A DNA stretch of 64,000 nucleotides from Williopsis jadinii (taxonomy: Eukaryota): positions 1,426,001 to 1,490,000 of the forward strand of contig AP024666.1 of the NCBI GenBank assembly GCA_024346625.1, read 5' to 3'. The notes beneath the pieces are model-generated. The model searched no databases, was not told where the DNA came from, and saw only the letters and a program-made list of their open reading frames with translations. The translations under genes were made by a program, and so were the position numbers. This document shows positions 48,675 through 60,266 of the stretch, piece by piece; the first letter of the stretch is position 1; every line of letters starts with the position of its first letter.

Positions 48675-48950
48675 TTTGCGTAAGAGTTGGTTTGCCTTTT
48701 CAAATCAATTTGAGAAGAGTTGAATGAGTCCTTCGTGTTTTTTTTCTCTTCCTCTTCTGCCCGGTAAATTTTGTTCGATTTGGTGAAATTTTTTTTTTGC
48801 TTTGTGCAATGTTTTTCGTTTTCATTTTTCGCCAATGGCGCAAAACATATACAGGAGCGCTTTCCAAATTGGGACATCAACTACGCCAAAACCGACTTAC
48901 AATGATACTTCTATGAGTTCCCTATCATACTGCTATATATTGTGCTGGGG

Positions 48951-49550
48951 TTACACTCCCAAGTTCTGTTTGGCCCTTTCTTGCAAGAACTCCTCATTGG
49001 ATTCAAGTTTATCCACTTGTTCTTGTGTGATTTGATCAATCTCCTCACCTTGTTTGACTTCAACTTCAGCGTTGGACACTTTGATGTCAACTTGGCCATC
49101 TTCGCCTACAGGCTCAACGTCAAATCTCTTCAAGAAATACGTTTCAACCTCTTCCTTACCATTGTTTTCTGCTTCGTATATAGCATCATGGCCGAATTTG
49201 TTCTTCTTGAAGGCGTCTGCCTCATATTCATCGCATAGGAGCTCCACTATTGACAAATGTCCATTCAGTGAAGCCCAATGCAAAGCGGTGTTACCTTCAA
49301 AGTTCTCCACGCTGACCAACTCTTTAGCCTTATCAGACGGTAATAATGACAAAAGGTATTTGACAACCTCTAGATGGCCATTTGCAGAAGCCATATGCAA
49401 CGGAGTATTCAAGGTCTCTGATTCTCTAATCTTAAGGAGCACGGCATTTGCATCAATTTCTGAAAAGATCTCTTGGAGGGTTTCTAAGTCACCATAACGA
49501 GCATCTTCGATTATTATATCGTATTCCTCCTGTGTCAGTTCTTGTGACAT
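48951..49550 (-). CDS. YAR1: Ankyrin-repeat Rps3 chaperone Yar1
   Basis: TPLHMASANGH, GNTALHWASLNGH; acidic tail; next to SUI3. Confidence 0.92.
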   Translation of the reverse strand: MSQELTQEEYDIIIEDARYGDLETLQEIFSEIDANAVLLKIRESETLNTPLHMASANGHLEVVKYLLSLLPSDKAKELVSVENFEGNTALHWASLNGHLSIVELLCDEYEADAFKKNKFGHDAIYEAENNGKEEVETYFLKRFDVEPVGEDGQVDIKVSNAEVEVKQGEEIDQITQEQVDKLESNEEFLQERAKQNLGV

Positions 49551-49764
49551 TGTCCTATCTTCCTCGAATGTTTAGTGATGGAAATGGTTCTGTAGAGGAG
49601 AGAGTATTAGTGTAGCCCAAAAAAATTTTTTTTTTCTTCACTATATAGTTTTCTCGCGATGAGCATTTATGTCCTACAACCTTTCCACTCTGTTGTAGTT
49701 GATCATGTATATCTGAGCAATTGGCGATATGTAGTTAGCGTAGTGGTGCTAGGAACTATGTATT

Positions 49765-50538
49765 TCAATTCTTTAACCATTGCATCAGCCTTTTCTGTTT
49801 CTGTTGCCTCTTTTTATTGTTATACTCTTTAACTTGTTTCTTTGTTACTCTGTGCTTTGGTTTAGTCTGTTGTGCTTCAATACTGTTAACCTGCCGTATT
49901 GCACTATTTAAATCCTTAGCAAACTGACTCTGTGACCTGGTGTCGTGGAAGTTTGCGATTTCAGAAAAGGGTTCTACCTCTTCAATGGATTGGTTTTCAT
50001 ACACAACGTCATCTGTATTGTTTCCTTCAAGTTCTCTCTTCAAAGACTCAACTCTCTTGTACTTTTCAAATGTTGATAACTTGGTAAACTCTGGATCCTC
50101 CTTCAACCTGTTTAGCGTCTTTGTATACTCATCCTGAGCTTCCTCTGGATCAGGTAGATCTGGTGGTTGGAACGTTGGAAGGTTTCGATTACACGGGTCA
50201 TCTAATGGCACTCTTGGGTTGATCCATTGTCTAACCTTTGTGAACTTGTTGTAGAAGAAGAATCTTTCGGTGGCCTGATCGAAATAGTGTTGCCATCCAT
50301 CGTCACCGTCTTTGCTCGCACTTTTGTTCACATTCTTCTTCTTCTCTTGTTGATGTCGTGGATCACGCTCAATCTCGCCTCTCTTTCTATTTGCTGGTTT
50401 GTTTTTGCCTCTTTGAGTAGACTTTCTGCTGGAAGGGGCTTCCGTAGGAAGATCCGTAGGAGGAGGACCAGGGGGAGGACCAGGTGGCAACGGTGGGTTA
50501 TCTTCCATCACTTCTCTACTAGCAGCATCGTGGGCCAT
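49765..50538 (-). CDS. WW-domain protein with Pro-rich N-terminus and basic C-terminus
   Basis: WQHYFDQATERFFFYNKFTKVRQWINP (WW); PPLPPGPPPGPPP; C-terminal KKRQQKQKRLMQWL. Confidence 0.8.
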   Translation of the reverse strand: MAHDAASREVMEDNPPLPPGPPPGPPPTDLPTEAPSSRKSTQRGKNKPANRKRGEIERDPRHQQEKKKNVNKSASKDGDDGWQHYFDQATERFFFYNKFTKVRQWINPRVPLDDPCNRNLPTFQPPDLPDPEEAQDEYTKTLNRLKEDPEFTKLSTFEKYKRVESLKRELEGNNTDDVVYENQSIEEVEPFSEIANFHDTRSQSQFAKDLNSAIRQVNSIEAQQTKPKHRVTKKQVKEYNNKKRQQKQKRLMQWLKN

Positions 50539-51041
50539 ATCTACTCCTTTCTTCTGCTTTTATTCAATCCGCAAGGCGAAATAATCCCCTAGGGAAAAAA
50601 GCACACTCGGTTTTTTCTCTCCCTGCACCGGCACCACTGATGGAATAGATAAGCTAAAATTGGGAGATGTTCCGAATCCAGTAGGGACGTACCAACCTGT
50701 TGAGCCCAAAGAGCAGTCAAATACTCCCAAAATCACAGGGGAAATAACATCGTTATCGTCACTACAAAGAACACACACACATCCAAGATAAAACACACAG
50801 ATAAGCCCATCGTAACGGACAGAAAAAGAAACGACGGCTGTTCTCTCCGTAGTGTGTGTGCACACCTGCTTTGCGCGGTTTGAACCCACAGTTTCACACC
50901 CGAGAACTCCTTGAGATTGCGCCATCGGTGGTTCAAATTCTTCGTATATAAAAGGGATAGGGGTTTCGCAAGTTTGTAGTTTCTAACCTGTTGTAGTTTG
51001 ACTGTTATTGTATACATCGTAAACAAGTTTTCAAGACCAAC

Positions 51042-51227
51042 ATGCTTTCACAAATCATCAAGACAAACACTGTTAGAGCTCTCAAGACCTCAGTCTCTAT
51101 GCCACAGAGGGCTACGTTGATTGCTTTCAAGAATGAGAGAGATTGCGACTGCACCTGTTCAAGAGTCCCGGTTGTTGCTAAGAAGCAGGGCGAGGAGTGT
51201 GGTAGCACCGGTTGCTCGTGTGATTAA
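51042..51227 (+). CDS. 61-aa microprotein: presequence-like N-terminus plus Cys-rich metallothionein-like C-terminus
   Basis: TATATAAAA at 50945, ACCAACATG context, biased codons; CDCTC and CGSTGCSC motifs. Confidence 0.7.
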   Translation: MLSQIIKTNTVRALKTSVSMPQRATLIAFKNERDCDCTCSRVPVVAKKQGEECGSTGCSCD

Positions 51228-51446
51228 GAGCGTTCAGCATCATGGTATTTATACAAATTTATTATATCTTGGGGATTTTTTAGAGAGACGACTGCTGGTC
51301 TCAACGGGTTAGTTCAATTTTCATCATGATGACATCTTTTCTGGGTCAAATGTATTTCAACGTGGTATAATCAAAGGAAATACAATGGAATGATATGGAA
51401 ATATGTGTAGATTTAATCGTCTATTTACAAGGTTACCTCCTGAGCC

Positions 51447-52394
51447 TTAGGCAGAATAATATGTCTTTCTCATGTCGACAATCTTCTTACCACGGTCGAA
51501 GGACATCTCTTCGAGGGTCTTTTGCTTTGTGAGCGCCTCGACAAATCCCTTACAAACGTTCATTCCGTTTCTGGACTTGTAGATCTTACCACTGAGATCC
51601 TTGATACCGGCAACTTCACAGATCTCAAAGATGTAGTGGTTAACACGAAGACCAAAACCAGGCGATCCGGATCTCAAAAAGATCTTACAACCGTGGTAAA
51701 CATAGTCAATATCACCAAGAATGGTACGATCCTCGTATCTTGGAACAAACTGTAAGTTCTTAACAGCGTTCCAGTGAGCTTTGGAAACCGCACGTGACAT
51801 TTCAACACGGTCTTTACCTTCGCCGATACCAACCATACCGTTTCTATCACCAACAACAACAAGCGCGTAGTTGGTTGGAATCTTACCCTTTGCAGTCTGA
51901 TTGGAGACTCTCTTCATGATCAGAGGACGTGACGCAAGACGTTCGATGTATCTCTCATCCAGCCCAGTCAAAGCGGCAAGGCCCTTTGAGACGGAACCTG
52001 TGCCAGCGTCTTCAAGGGTCGAGCCCTTTGGAATGTCCACAGGAGATGGCTGCAATGGATAGTTATAGTCCAACTTCCATGGCTCATCAACTTTCAGAGT
52101 ATCCCAGAATGGATGTCTCTTGGAGAAGTCATCGAGATACGGTGGAGCAAACTCCGTCTGTGCGATCTTTCTATCCCTATAGTGAGTTGGATCCACAAAG
52201 GTCTCCGCCAACTTGATACTCTCAACGAGCTCAGCTGGGTAGTACTTCTTCAAGAACTCCAAATGTTGATTCTTCTCCTCAGATGGTATCGACGATGAGT
52301 TGGAATTCGTTGGCGGTTGTGCTTGTAGACACGGACGGACCGTTGAGAACGAACGTATACTGCCACGTGTGGCGATACGAAGAGACGGAATCAT
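51447..52394 (-). CDS. MRPS5: Mitochondrial ribosomal protein uS5m
   Basis: Presequence; [44 protein letters not shown]. Confidence 0.93.
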   Translation of the reverse strand: MIPSLRIATRGSIRSFSTVRPCLQAQPPTNSNSSSIPSEEKNQHLEFLKKYYPAELVESIKLAETFVDPTHYRDRKIAQTEFAPPYLDDFSKRHPFWDTLKVDEPWKLDYNYPLQPSPVDIPKGSTLEDAGTGSVSKGLAALTGLDERYIERLASRPLIMKRVSNQTAKGKIPTNYALVVVGDRNGMVGIGEGKDRVEMSRAVSKAHWNAVKNLQFVPRYEDRTILGDIDYVYHGCKIFLRSGSPGFGLRVNHYIFEICEVAGIKDLSGKIYKSRNGMNVCKGFVEALTKQKTLEEMSFDRGKKIVDMRKTYYSA

Positions 52395-52676
52395 GGCTTC
52401 GACAGATAGAACACTTCCGCCGTGTGGTTTCTCTTCCGTTGTTGATGCTGAAGCAAATTCTGCTTGTTCTGTGGACGTTTTCGTGGTTGAACTTTTTTCC
52501 TCGGATTTTCCAAGGGGTCGGAAGTTATATTTGGCACGTGACTAATGTTCCCGGAAGTCTACGTTCTGCTTCTCCAGGACATTATGGTAACTACAGCAAC
52601 GCAGAAAGTTCATATAACTTACTCACCGCATACAGGCTTAAACATCATTGATATATCTTCCAATTCTAACACTTAT

Positions 52677-54371
52677 TCATGCCCAAAGCACCGTGAGCAC
52701 CTTCCATCCCTTCAGAGGAGGCTCTGGAGGCTCTGGATTCTCTTCTACATCCTTGAACAGTATCTCGAGCTGAACCTCTTCAGGTCTAAGTAACCTGGTT
52801 CTTTTCAAGAGTTTCCAACCAATGTAGAGGATGATACTCATTGGTATGACGAAGTACGATGAGAATAGGCTCGAGATCAAGAAGTGGCCGTGGACAAAGT
52901 TCTTGAACCCACCTGTCAGAAGGAATAGCAAGGAAAAGAACCCCGATATCCACGCAGCATAAGGCGTAAATCTCCATGTATGAGGAAGACTTGATCTCGG
53001 AATCCCCTGGGCCTTCATGGCCCTGGTTAAAAAGATATGATTCGCAGAGATTAAGATCCAATCCCATAACAGTTTAGCAGACGTTAAGGATTGAAACCAG
53101 TTGAAAACATCTGCTGCAGACTCTGACATGTTCATATAGGCCAACGGCATGAATGCAGCAACAAATATGTTACCAACCCAAGGAACTCCAGATCTCGTGG
53201 TCTTCAAAAAGATCTTTGGTGCTTGACCTTTCACTGCAAGTGCAAATAATAGTCTTGCACCTCCCATAAGGGCTAGATTACCAGCAGAGAATGCAGATGT
53301 TAAGACACCAGCGTTAATGATGTGAGGGAGCACATCTATACCTGCGTTCTTTATCGCAACGACAAATGGAGATGAAGATGCATTCCCTGAGCCATTTGCA
53401 ATATGAGGGTCATCTGAGCGAATAATCAGCGTGAGACAGAAAATCGTTACAATCATCAAGATGGAAACCCTGTAAAATACCCTTTTACAAGCGGTGAATA
53501 TAGATCTTCTTGGATATTGAACCTCAGCTGCTAGGTTTGGAACACTTTGAACACCACCAAATGAATAGACGGTACCGGAAAGTGCCTGCCAAAAGCCTGC
53601 AAATTTACCAAGTGATCCAGTGGTTAAGTACTCCTCAAATGGACCAGGGTCATCCCAGTACTTAAATCCAATTCTTTTACCCCTGGGCCCACCTCCTGAG
53701 GTTATCACTATGGAGATAATGATCAGGCCAATGAGTAACAACATCTTAATAATGGCAAACGTGAATTCAATCTCACCATAAAGTCTTATCTTCAGGAAAT
53801 TACATCCAACAATTAGTGCAATGACTATACTGATCCACAAACCTTGAGATATATCGGTCCAGTACGTGATGATCAGGGCAGTTGCGCTGATTTCTCCAGG
53901 CATGATGGCACTCCAGATCCCTAACCAACCGTATACGAATCCTAATGCCGGATCAATAAACTGTTCCGCATGGCGTAGAGGAGCAGAGGTACATGGCATC
54001 AGAGCTGCACATTCAGCAATACACATTTGGTTCAATCCGACAACAATGGCAATGGTTGAATAGGCAATGAGACAGCCAACAGGGCCTGCAACAGCCAATA
54101 CACCACCCGAGGATAGAAATATACCTGTACCGAATGTACCCACCAGGGCAATCATTCCAATATGACGTTGATCTAAACCGGCTTTCAACCTTGAACGATC
54201 TTGACCGAAAACCTCGTGAAGTTCAGCCGATTTCACAGAGGATATCTCCTGAACCTCTATATCTTCATCAAATGGTTTTGACAATGTCTTGGTGGTCACG
54301 TAGTTCAGATTGATATCCGAACCAGAGTTATCTGATGTCGGTTCTTCAGTGGCTTGCAAACCCGCAGTCAT
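52677..54371 (-). CDS. APC-superfamily (YAT) amino-acid permease, substrate unknown
   Basis: LDQRHIGMIALVGTFGTGIFL, YGEIEF, GFKYW.DPG, SSPFVVAI, LPHIINAGVLTSAFSAGN; about 12 hydrophobic segments. Confidence 0.92.
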   Translation of the reverse strand: MTAGLQATEEPTSDNSGSDINLNYVTTKTLSKPFDEDIEVQEISSVKSAELHEVFGQDRSRLKAGLDQRHIGMIALVGTFGTGIFLSSGGVLAVAGPVGCLIAYSTIAIVVGLNQMCIAECAALMPCTSAPLRHAEQFIDPALGFVYGWLGIWSAIMPGEISATALIITYWTDISQGLWISIVIALIVGCNFLKIRLYGEIEFTFAIIKMLLLIGLIIISIVITSGGGPRGKRIGFKYWDDPGPFEEYLTTGSLGKFAGFWQALSGTVYSFGGVQSVPNLAAEVQYPRRSIFTACKRVFYRVSILMIVTIFCLTLIIRSDDPHIANGSGNASSSPFVVAIKNAGIDVLPHIINAGVLTSAFSAGNLALMGGARLLFALAVKGQAPKIFLKTTRSGVPWVGNIFVAAFMPLAYMNMSESAADVFNWFQSLTSAKLLWDWILISANHIFLTRAMKAQGIPRSSLPHTWRFTPYAAWISGFFSLLFLLTGGFKNFVHGHFLISSLFSSYFVIPMSIILYIGWKLLKRTRLLRPEEVQLEILFKDVEENPEPPEPPLKGWKVLTVLWA

Positions 54372-54889
54372 TGTACTGGCTGATACGTATCATACCGATC
54401 ATTTGGGGAGCTTTAGAAAGAACAACATGTCCTTTTATATATGATTAACATGATTAGGAAAGTGGGGCCAGCGTAATAACGGAGTGAGAGAGCCACTGCT
54501 ATGGCTCCATCACTATGAAAAGAGGAACCACATCAGTGTTCTATTACGAACAACCAATCTGTAACATCGACTCCGTTAATACTTCCAGATTGGGTATGAA
54601 TGAAGGAAAGAGATCAGCTCGGTATGCACTGTGGATTATTATTTCAATTGCCATTGCGATACAGCTGGTGAGTGAGTTTCCCTTTTAATACTGTGACACC
54701 ATATTCAGCTGTGCCATAGTTTCACATGGACCAACTGTGTAAAGGGAACACACACACATGCTTACACATTCAGAACGAGACGTTAAACCCTGGTGATAGG
54801 TCTCACAGTTCCAATGGCATGAACAGGCTGATTCTCATATTGAAGCTAGGAGGTCACCGCAATGTGCTCCTCTGGCTGCTCCAAAATCC

Positions 54890-54904
54890 GCTTATCAGCT
54901 TATC
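54890..54904 (-). promoter_or_regulatory. Tandem GATAAG (GATA-factor/nitrogen-catabolite) sites upstream of the permease
   Basis: gCTTATCagCTTATC about 520 bp upstream of the permease ATG. Confidence 0.5.
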
Positions 54905-55815
54905 AGGAGCCCTGGAGAATCACCTCCATCCGGAGAAAGGTATGAAACGAGTAATCAGCTTCAGATACGCTATGGTGGGCCAAGTGATGCTGGCAACATT
55001 GACGGGCTCATTCCGTCTTTCAAGAAACGTTCTGACCCATATTATCACGACAGACAGCGATAGCGACAGCAGTAATAATAATAATAATAATCACGAAGCC
55101 AGTATTGGCCGACAAGGCAGCAGTCCTGGACACACAGATGTGGCAAGTTACGAATCTGATTCAAGGGTTTATTTCTTCTTTAAACCAGCCTGTGCGTTAG
55201 AGCACAACATCATTGAATGGAGGTAAATCTCGCAACAGGCCCACGCCTGAGGGAAAGCCAGTTTGTTATCTCTCCCATTGGTGTTTGGACTCATAGCCGG
55301 AGCCATTGTGTGTGTCTTCCACGGCAAATTGTTCCTCCAAGGAATATTTAGCAAGCTTCAGTGGTTAAAGGACGCTCTACTCCATTGGCCACTGTGGAAG
55401 TGCTGCAGACTCCATGATAATACCGGTTTACTGGGGTAATGAGGCCAGAGGCGTGTGCTTTATACGCGCAGAGAACGGTGTAAGAGCCTTCAGAGATTGG
55501 TGATGAAGGCAAATGGTCTCAAATGTCTTAGTCTTTACTGTGCTAGTCCAGCGTGAGCTTGTCCTAGTCTAACATGTCCTAGTCTAACAAGTCCAGTCTG
55601 AGATGTCCCCAAAATGTCCCGAAAAGGGCTTTTGTGTATCACATGCCAAATCCGCCCGAGGTGAGGCACGCCAAAGCAAGCAGGCAAAAACAGCAAACGG
55701 AGGAATTTCGCAAATAAACAAATCAAAAAGGACAACAGCAACAACAACAACATCAACAAGAACAGCGGCGCTTGCGGATAAACAACACCAACAGCAAGTG
55801 GACAAAGACACGAGA

Positions 55816-56652
55816 ATGTCAAGAAGGGTAACGAGATCCATGAACAACACTGCCTCCTCCACCAACGACGCTGACAGGGCGCATTCTGTGGACTCTACAG
55901 TTCTAGAAGACGCTGATTCCGGTGATGAGATAACCATTCTACCACCAATCAGAAGAAGCTCGTCGATCTTCTCGTTGGACACTACGCCATTGGACCCACC
56001 TGACGATGAGGACTTCAAGAAGTTCACCTCTGACGAGTACCACTTCTCCTTGATTAGAAACATGCACTTGGCTGATCTGATCACCCTGATGAATGGGTTC
56101 TCTGGGTTTTACTCAATTGTGTCTTGCCTGAGATTCACATCCACGGGCCAGTCCCATTACGTCCAAAGGGCCCACCTCTTCATCTTCTTGGGGCTGTTCT
56201 TCGACTTCTTTGATGGTAGAGTGGCTAGACTAAGAAATAAGTCCTCCTTGATGGGCCAGGAGTTGGATTCATTGGCAGACCTGATCTCGTTTGGAGTGGC
56301 TCCTGCATCCGTGGCGTTCGCCATCGGATTCCAGTCCACAATCGATGTCTTGGTCTTGTCCTTCTTCGTTCTCTGCGGCTTGACAAGATTGGCCAGATTC
56401 AACGTTACGGTGACCCAGATTCCAAAGGACCTCACGGGTAAATCCAAATACTTTGAAGGCTTGCCAATCCCAACTTCTTTGGTCCAAGTTGGCTTGATGG
56501 CATACTTGGTACACAAGGAGTACGTCAACGACCAACTGCCATTTGGTACATGGCTGACGGGCTCTGTGCTGCAATTCCATCCCTTGGTGCTGGTATTTGC
56601 AATCCATGGTTGTATGTTTGTCTCAAAGTCCTTGAAGATTCCAAAACCATGA
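55816..56652 (+). CDS. CHO1: Phosphatidylserine synthase (likely start ATG 55816)
   Basis: HFSLIRNMHLADLITLMNG; CDP-alcohol phosphotransferase motif DFFDGRVARLRNKSSLMGQELDSLADL; C-terminal SKSLKIPKP; RRSSSIFS PKA-type site. Confidence 0.96.
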   Translation: MSRRVTRSMNNTASSTNDADRAHSVDSTVLEDADSGDEITILPPIRRSSSIFSLDTTPLDPPDDEDFKKFTSDEYHFSLIRNMHLADLITLMNGFSGFYSIVSCLRFTSTGQSHYVQRAHLFIFLGLFFDFFDGRVARLRNKSSLMGQELDSLADLISFGVAPASVAFAIGFQSTIDVLVLSFFVLCGLTRLARFNVTVTQIPKDLTGKSKYFEGLPIPTSLVQVGLMAYLVHKEYVNDQLPFGTWLTGSVLQFHPLVLVFAIHGCMFVSKSLKIPKP

Positions 56653-56988
56653 ACCACTCTCTTGCATAACGTCACTACCACCTATATACGACATACAATT
56701 AAACTGAAAAAAAGAGAGAGACACTGGAATCAACGACTTTAACATTTCATTCCAGTTGTTACGTATATTCAGCCCTTTCAAAGTAAATATTTGTACTGCA
56801 AAATTGCTATAAATAAGTGAAATTTTGATTGTTCCTCCGCTAACATTTTGCTGCCCGATGGCTGATTTCAAACTGTAATTTTTATACACCACACTCACTA
56901 ACAGCGACTAAGTATAAATACCCACAATTGAACTTTTCAGCAGTTCAAGCAACAACCATTTTCCACTAGAGAATTCGGGTTATAAAAG

Positions 56989-59046
56989 ATGAATTTGATG
57001 GAGTACGATGGCGTACTCCCAAAGAACAACTATAACTCTCCTTATTATGCTGCGGTTCCCGCGGCGTCAGAGCCCACGGAGATTCTGAGTAAACGGTTTG
57101 AACTATGGAGACAGATCATCAAATCCTTGATTGGGTACCTGAAGGGCGTAAGCATTGCTAATACACAGTTTTCTATCATCAACAACAATCTGGTTGATAC
57201 GATCCACTTCCCGTTCTTCACGTCACTGCAGAAGACAACGAAGAAGGGCGATGTCCATGAGATCAAGGACCCTAGTCCTGAGAATTTGAAGAAGCAGAGC
57301 TTCTTTGCAAGCTTTGGTTCTGGTTCTGTCCAGGACGTGCAAATACTGCTTAAGAAGTACCATTTGAACCTGGCTCAACAACAGATGAAGATTGTTGAGC
57401 AATTGGAGACGAAGTTGATTCCAAGGTTGGAGGAGTTGCAGAAGGACTTGATGACGAAGATTAGGGAGATCAAGAGCTTAAACGGTGATTTCAAGAACAA
57501 CATGGATACTGAGATTGCTATCTCCGGTCAGCTCTTGGATGAGTTCATGCTGTCTGTGAAGAAGTTGAAGAATGGCGATGAATCATCATTGCACAGCAAG
57601 ACGGATCCTTTCTTGTTGAGATTGAAATTGGAATTACAGTTGAAACAACAGCTACACCAAGAGAACTATTTAGAGGAAGCATACATCAACTTACAGATTA
57701 CCGGGCTAGAACTGGAGAAGATCATATACCAAGAGATTCAGAAGGCATTGCACGATTATTCAGAGTTGATATCACAGGAGATCTTTGTCATGTACAACGA
57801 TTTGATCAATGAACTCCACGAGGGAATCATGACTCAGAAAGTGTTCTTTGAGTGGGATGATTTTATCCGCAGGGATAATGGTAAGAACCTGTTAAAGCTG
57901 AAACACGACGACGAAGTTCCGGTTCCTAGAAAGTTATCAACGATCAAGTATCCGTATAACAAAGACTTGATGGCAAAGACCATTAGAAGTGGCCACCTTT
58001 TGAAGAAGTCTAAGTTCTTGAAGAACTATACCAAGAGCTTTTTCATACTGACTTTGAACTACTTACATGAGTTCAAGTCCAAGGACCTGTTTGAAAACAT
58101 CCAGCCTATAAACTCTATAAAGCTCAACGACTGTATCTTGACTGAGTCCAACGAGAACAAGTTCCAATTACACGTTAACAACCCAAAGGCATTGAAGGCG
58201 CACAACTTTGTGTTTAAGAGGATTCCCGAGGAGATGTCTGAGTACGAGTTCAAGAAGTGGGTATTGGACTTGAAGGGGCTAACTTCGTTTAACAATTTCC
58301 GGGAACGGTGCCAGTTCTTGGAGAGAAAGTTGGGCACCGGTAGCATTTCAGGCTCCAATACGCCAAATATCGAAGTTCCAAACCCAATGGATAATATGAA
58401 TGTCCAACAGAAGCTACAGGAACTATCCGTGATGTCCAGTCAAGGCAAGCAGTCTGCAATGCCAACCATTCTGATGAGCAACAGTGGTGCTGGTTCCGGT
58501 TCAGGATCTGCACAGTCGTCATTGACCAACTCTCCAAAGCTGAAGCCAATTACCCAGCCCGCTATAAACACCATTCCAAGGGTTCCAAGCAGTGGCTCTT
58601 TAAAGAAAGACAAGGCCAAATTACACCTGACTCTACCAACCCCGGTGGTTCCGCAGTTGAGCGTTCAAACACCAACACCAGTAACAGCCAGCGTGCCGTT
58701 AAACGTGTTAACCGAGAGTCACGAGGAGGAGGATCAAGCAGAAAGCTCTGACAAGCCCAAGCCACAAGGTCGTCATATCCATTTCGCACTGGACAACGGT
58801 TCTAGCAGCTCATTGATTGCACCGGATAGATCAGTCACGCCAATGATTGGAGACCATGATCGGAACAGCGCTGCAGGCCAGGAACACAAGGTCCACCACA
58901 TTGATCTGAGCGAGCCGTTGTATAACTCAGCAACATCCCCCATCTTCACGGTAAACCACACCAGCGGGATAGACAACACCATCAACGGCGAAGCGACAAA
59001 AGGGCTAGAGCAGGTTATCGAAGCCATGAAGGGTGAGAGCGCTTGA
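56989..59046 (+). CDS. BAR-PH domain protein of the Rgc1/Ask10 (Slm1-like) family
   Basis: PTEILSKRF..WRQIIKSLI.YL, GSGSVQDVQ, DPFLL, GHLLKKSKFLKNY, YLHEFKS. Confidence 0.75.
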   Translation: MNLMEYDGVLPKNNYNSPYYAAVPAASEPTEILSKRFELWRQIIKSLIGYLKGVSIANTQFSIINNNLVDTIHFPFFTSLQKTTKKGDVHEIKDPSPENLKKQSFFASFGSGSVQDVQILLKKYHLNLAQQQMKIVEQLETKLIPRLEELQKDLMTKIREIKSLNGDFKNNMDTEIAISGQLLDEFMLSVKKLKNGDESSLHSKTDPFLLRLKLELQLKQQLHQENYLEEAYINLQITGLELEKIIYQEIQKALHDYSELISQEIFVMYNDLINELHEGIMTQKVFFEWDDFIRRDNGKNLLKLKHDDEVPVPRKLSTIKYPYNKDLMAKTIRSGHLLKKSKFLKNYTKSFFILTLNYLHEFKSKDLFENIQPINSIKLNDCILTESNENKFQLHVNNPKALKAHNFVFKRIPEEMSEYEFKKWVLDLKGLTSFNNFRERCQFLERKLGTGSISGSNTPNIEVPNPMDNMNVQQKLQELSVMSSQGKQSAMPTILMSNSGAGSGSGSAQSSLTNSPKLKPITQPAINTIPRVPSSGSLKKDKAKLHLTLPTPVVPQLSVQTPTPVTASVPLNVLTESHEEEDQAESSDKPKPQGRHIHFALDNGSSSSLIAPDRSVTPMIGDHDRNSAAGQEHKVHHIDLSEPLYNSATSPIFTVNHTSGIDNTINGEATKGLEQVIEAMKGESA

Positions 59047-60266
59047 CGGGCGAGAGCACACGCTTACATAACACACACGCAGTATACAAATGCACTATAA
59101 ACGATATACAGAGACAGAACACCGTAATCGATGTAGATGAAAAGGTTATAATGTGCAAATAGGAAACAAGGCAATTTATCACGAGTCACCAGGAGTTCAT
59201 GTGGGTGAGAGAATATTTGTGACACAAAACAGGAAACGTACTGGGTACTTTAAGGTTTAACCCGCGCGCTTGGGTCAAGATTTTAAATTGCAGCGTTGCG
59301 GGTAAGTTTAGCCGGTGTGCCCCACAGACCAATAAATGGACGGCCAAATGCCACTGATGGAGGGAGGAGAAGCGGTGACGTTTCACGGCAGTCGGCGCTT
59401 AGACATTGGAACGCGCGCGCGCGTTACAGCTGTGGGTTCTTTCTCGCTCTAACCGCCATGGGATTTACCTTTTCTTCTCTTCCCCACTTTGGATTGCGTG
59501 TCGATGTTGCTGGACTCTTGGGCGCTGGCAGCTGAAACAGAAAACGACATGGAAAACGAAACGGAACGAAACTCAACAAAGTGGGTGAGCGCATTGATGT
59601 CGTTTAATGACTGCTGCAAATTGGAACTCAGGTCGGCCAAAGTATGTCTTGTCTTTGTTTGGCAAACGGTTAAACTGGGTGGTGGCAATATGACTCATAG
59701 TAAAGGTCATAAGGATGTACCAGATCGCTGACGCTCCATTGTCCGACGCGCTTGCCTACGTGCTACCAGTCACTGTCCGCTAGGCCGTTGACTCATCCTC
59801 TCATGAGGACCCTCACTCAACGGGATATCGGAGGCCTGCGAAAAACACACTAACACGCAGCAATACCGAACAAAAAAAAAGAAACAACGAGTTTATCCGA
59901 TGGGCGGTGACGATTTCTTCGCTGTCGCATCAAACTTTTCCGAGAGTGAGAGGAAATACCAAAGAAAAAACGTTTTTGATGTGGGTAAGTGCATAAAATA
60001 GGCGGCAATTTGAGTTTCTCTTATAAAGAGACGAATATAACCACAAAAACGAACTTCTCCTCAGGCACAGAGAAAGATGTTGTAGACTTAAACAAGAGGG
60101 TTTACTTGATTCCACTCAACGATTAAAACAGAGAGGCCTTAGCCAGTTTCACGTTATTTATTCATTAACCGCACGCTTCACTCTCGTGGTCTGCTGTTCT
60201 ACCTCTTTTGGTACTCAATATACATCTATACACACCGGCCGCATTTATAGCAGCGGGAAGGAGGAA

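Noticed and set aside
55560..55589. 15-bp tandem duplication TGTCCTAGTCTAACA
   Set aside because: Two copies only; no evidence of function.
55603..55815. 71-codon in-frame N-terminal extension of CHO1
   Set aside because: Runs through promoter/5' UTR-like A/C-rich DNA containing a partial ICRE (TCACATG 55639); the downstream ATG gives a normal Cho1 length.
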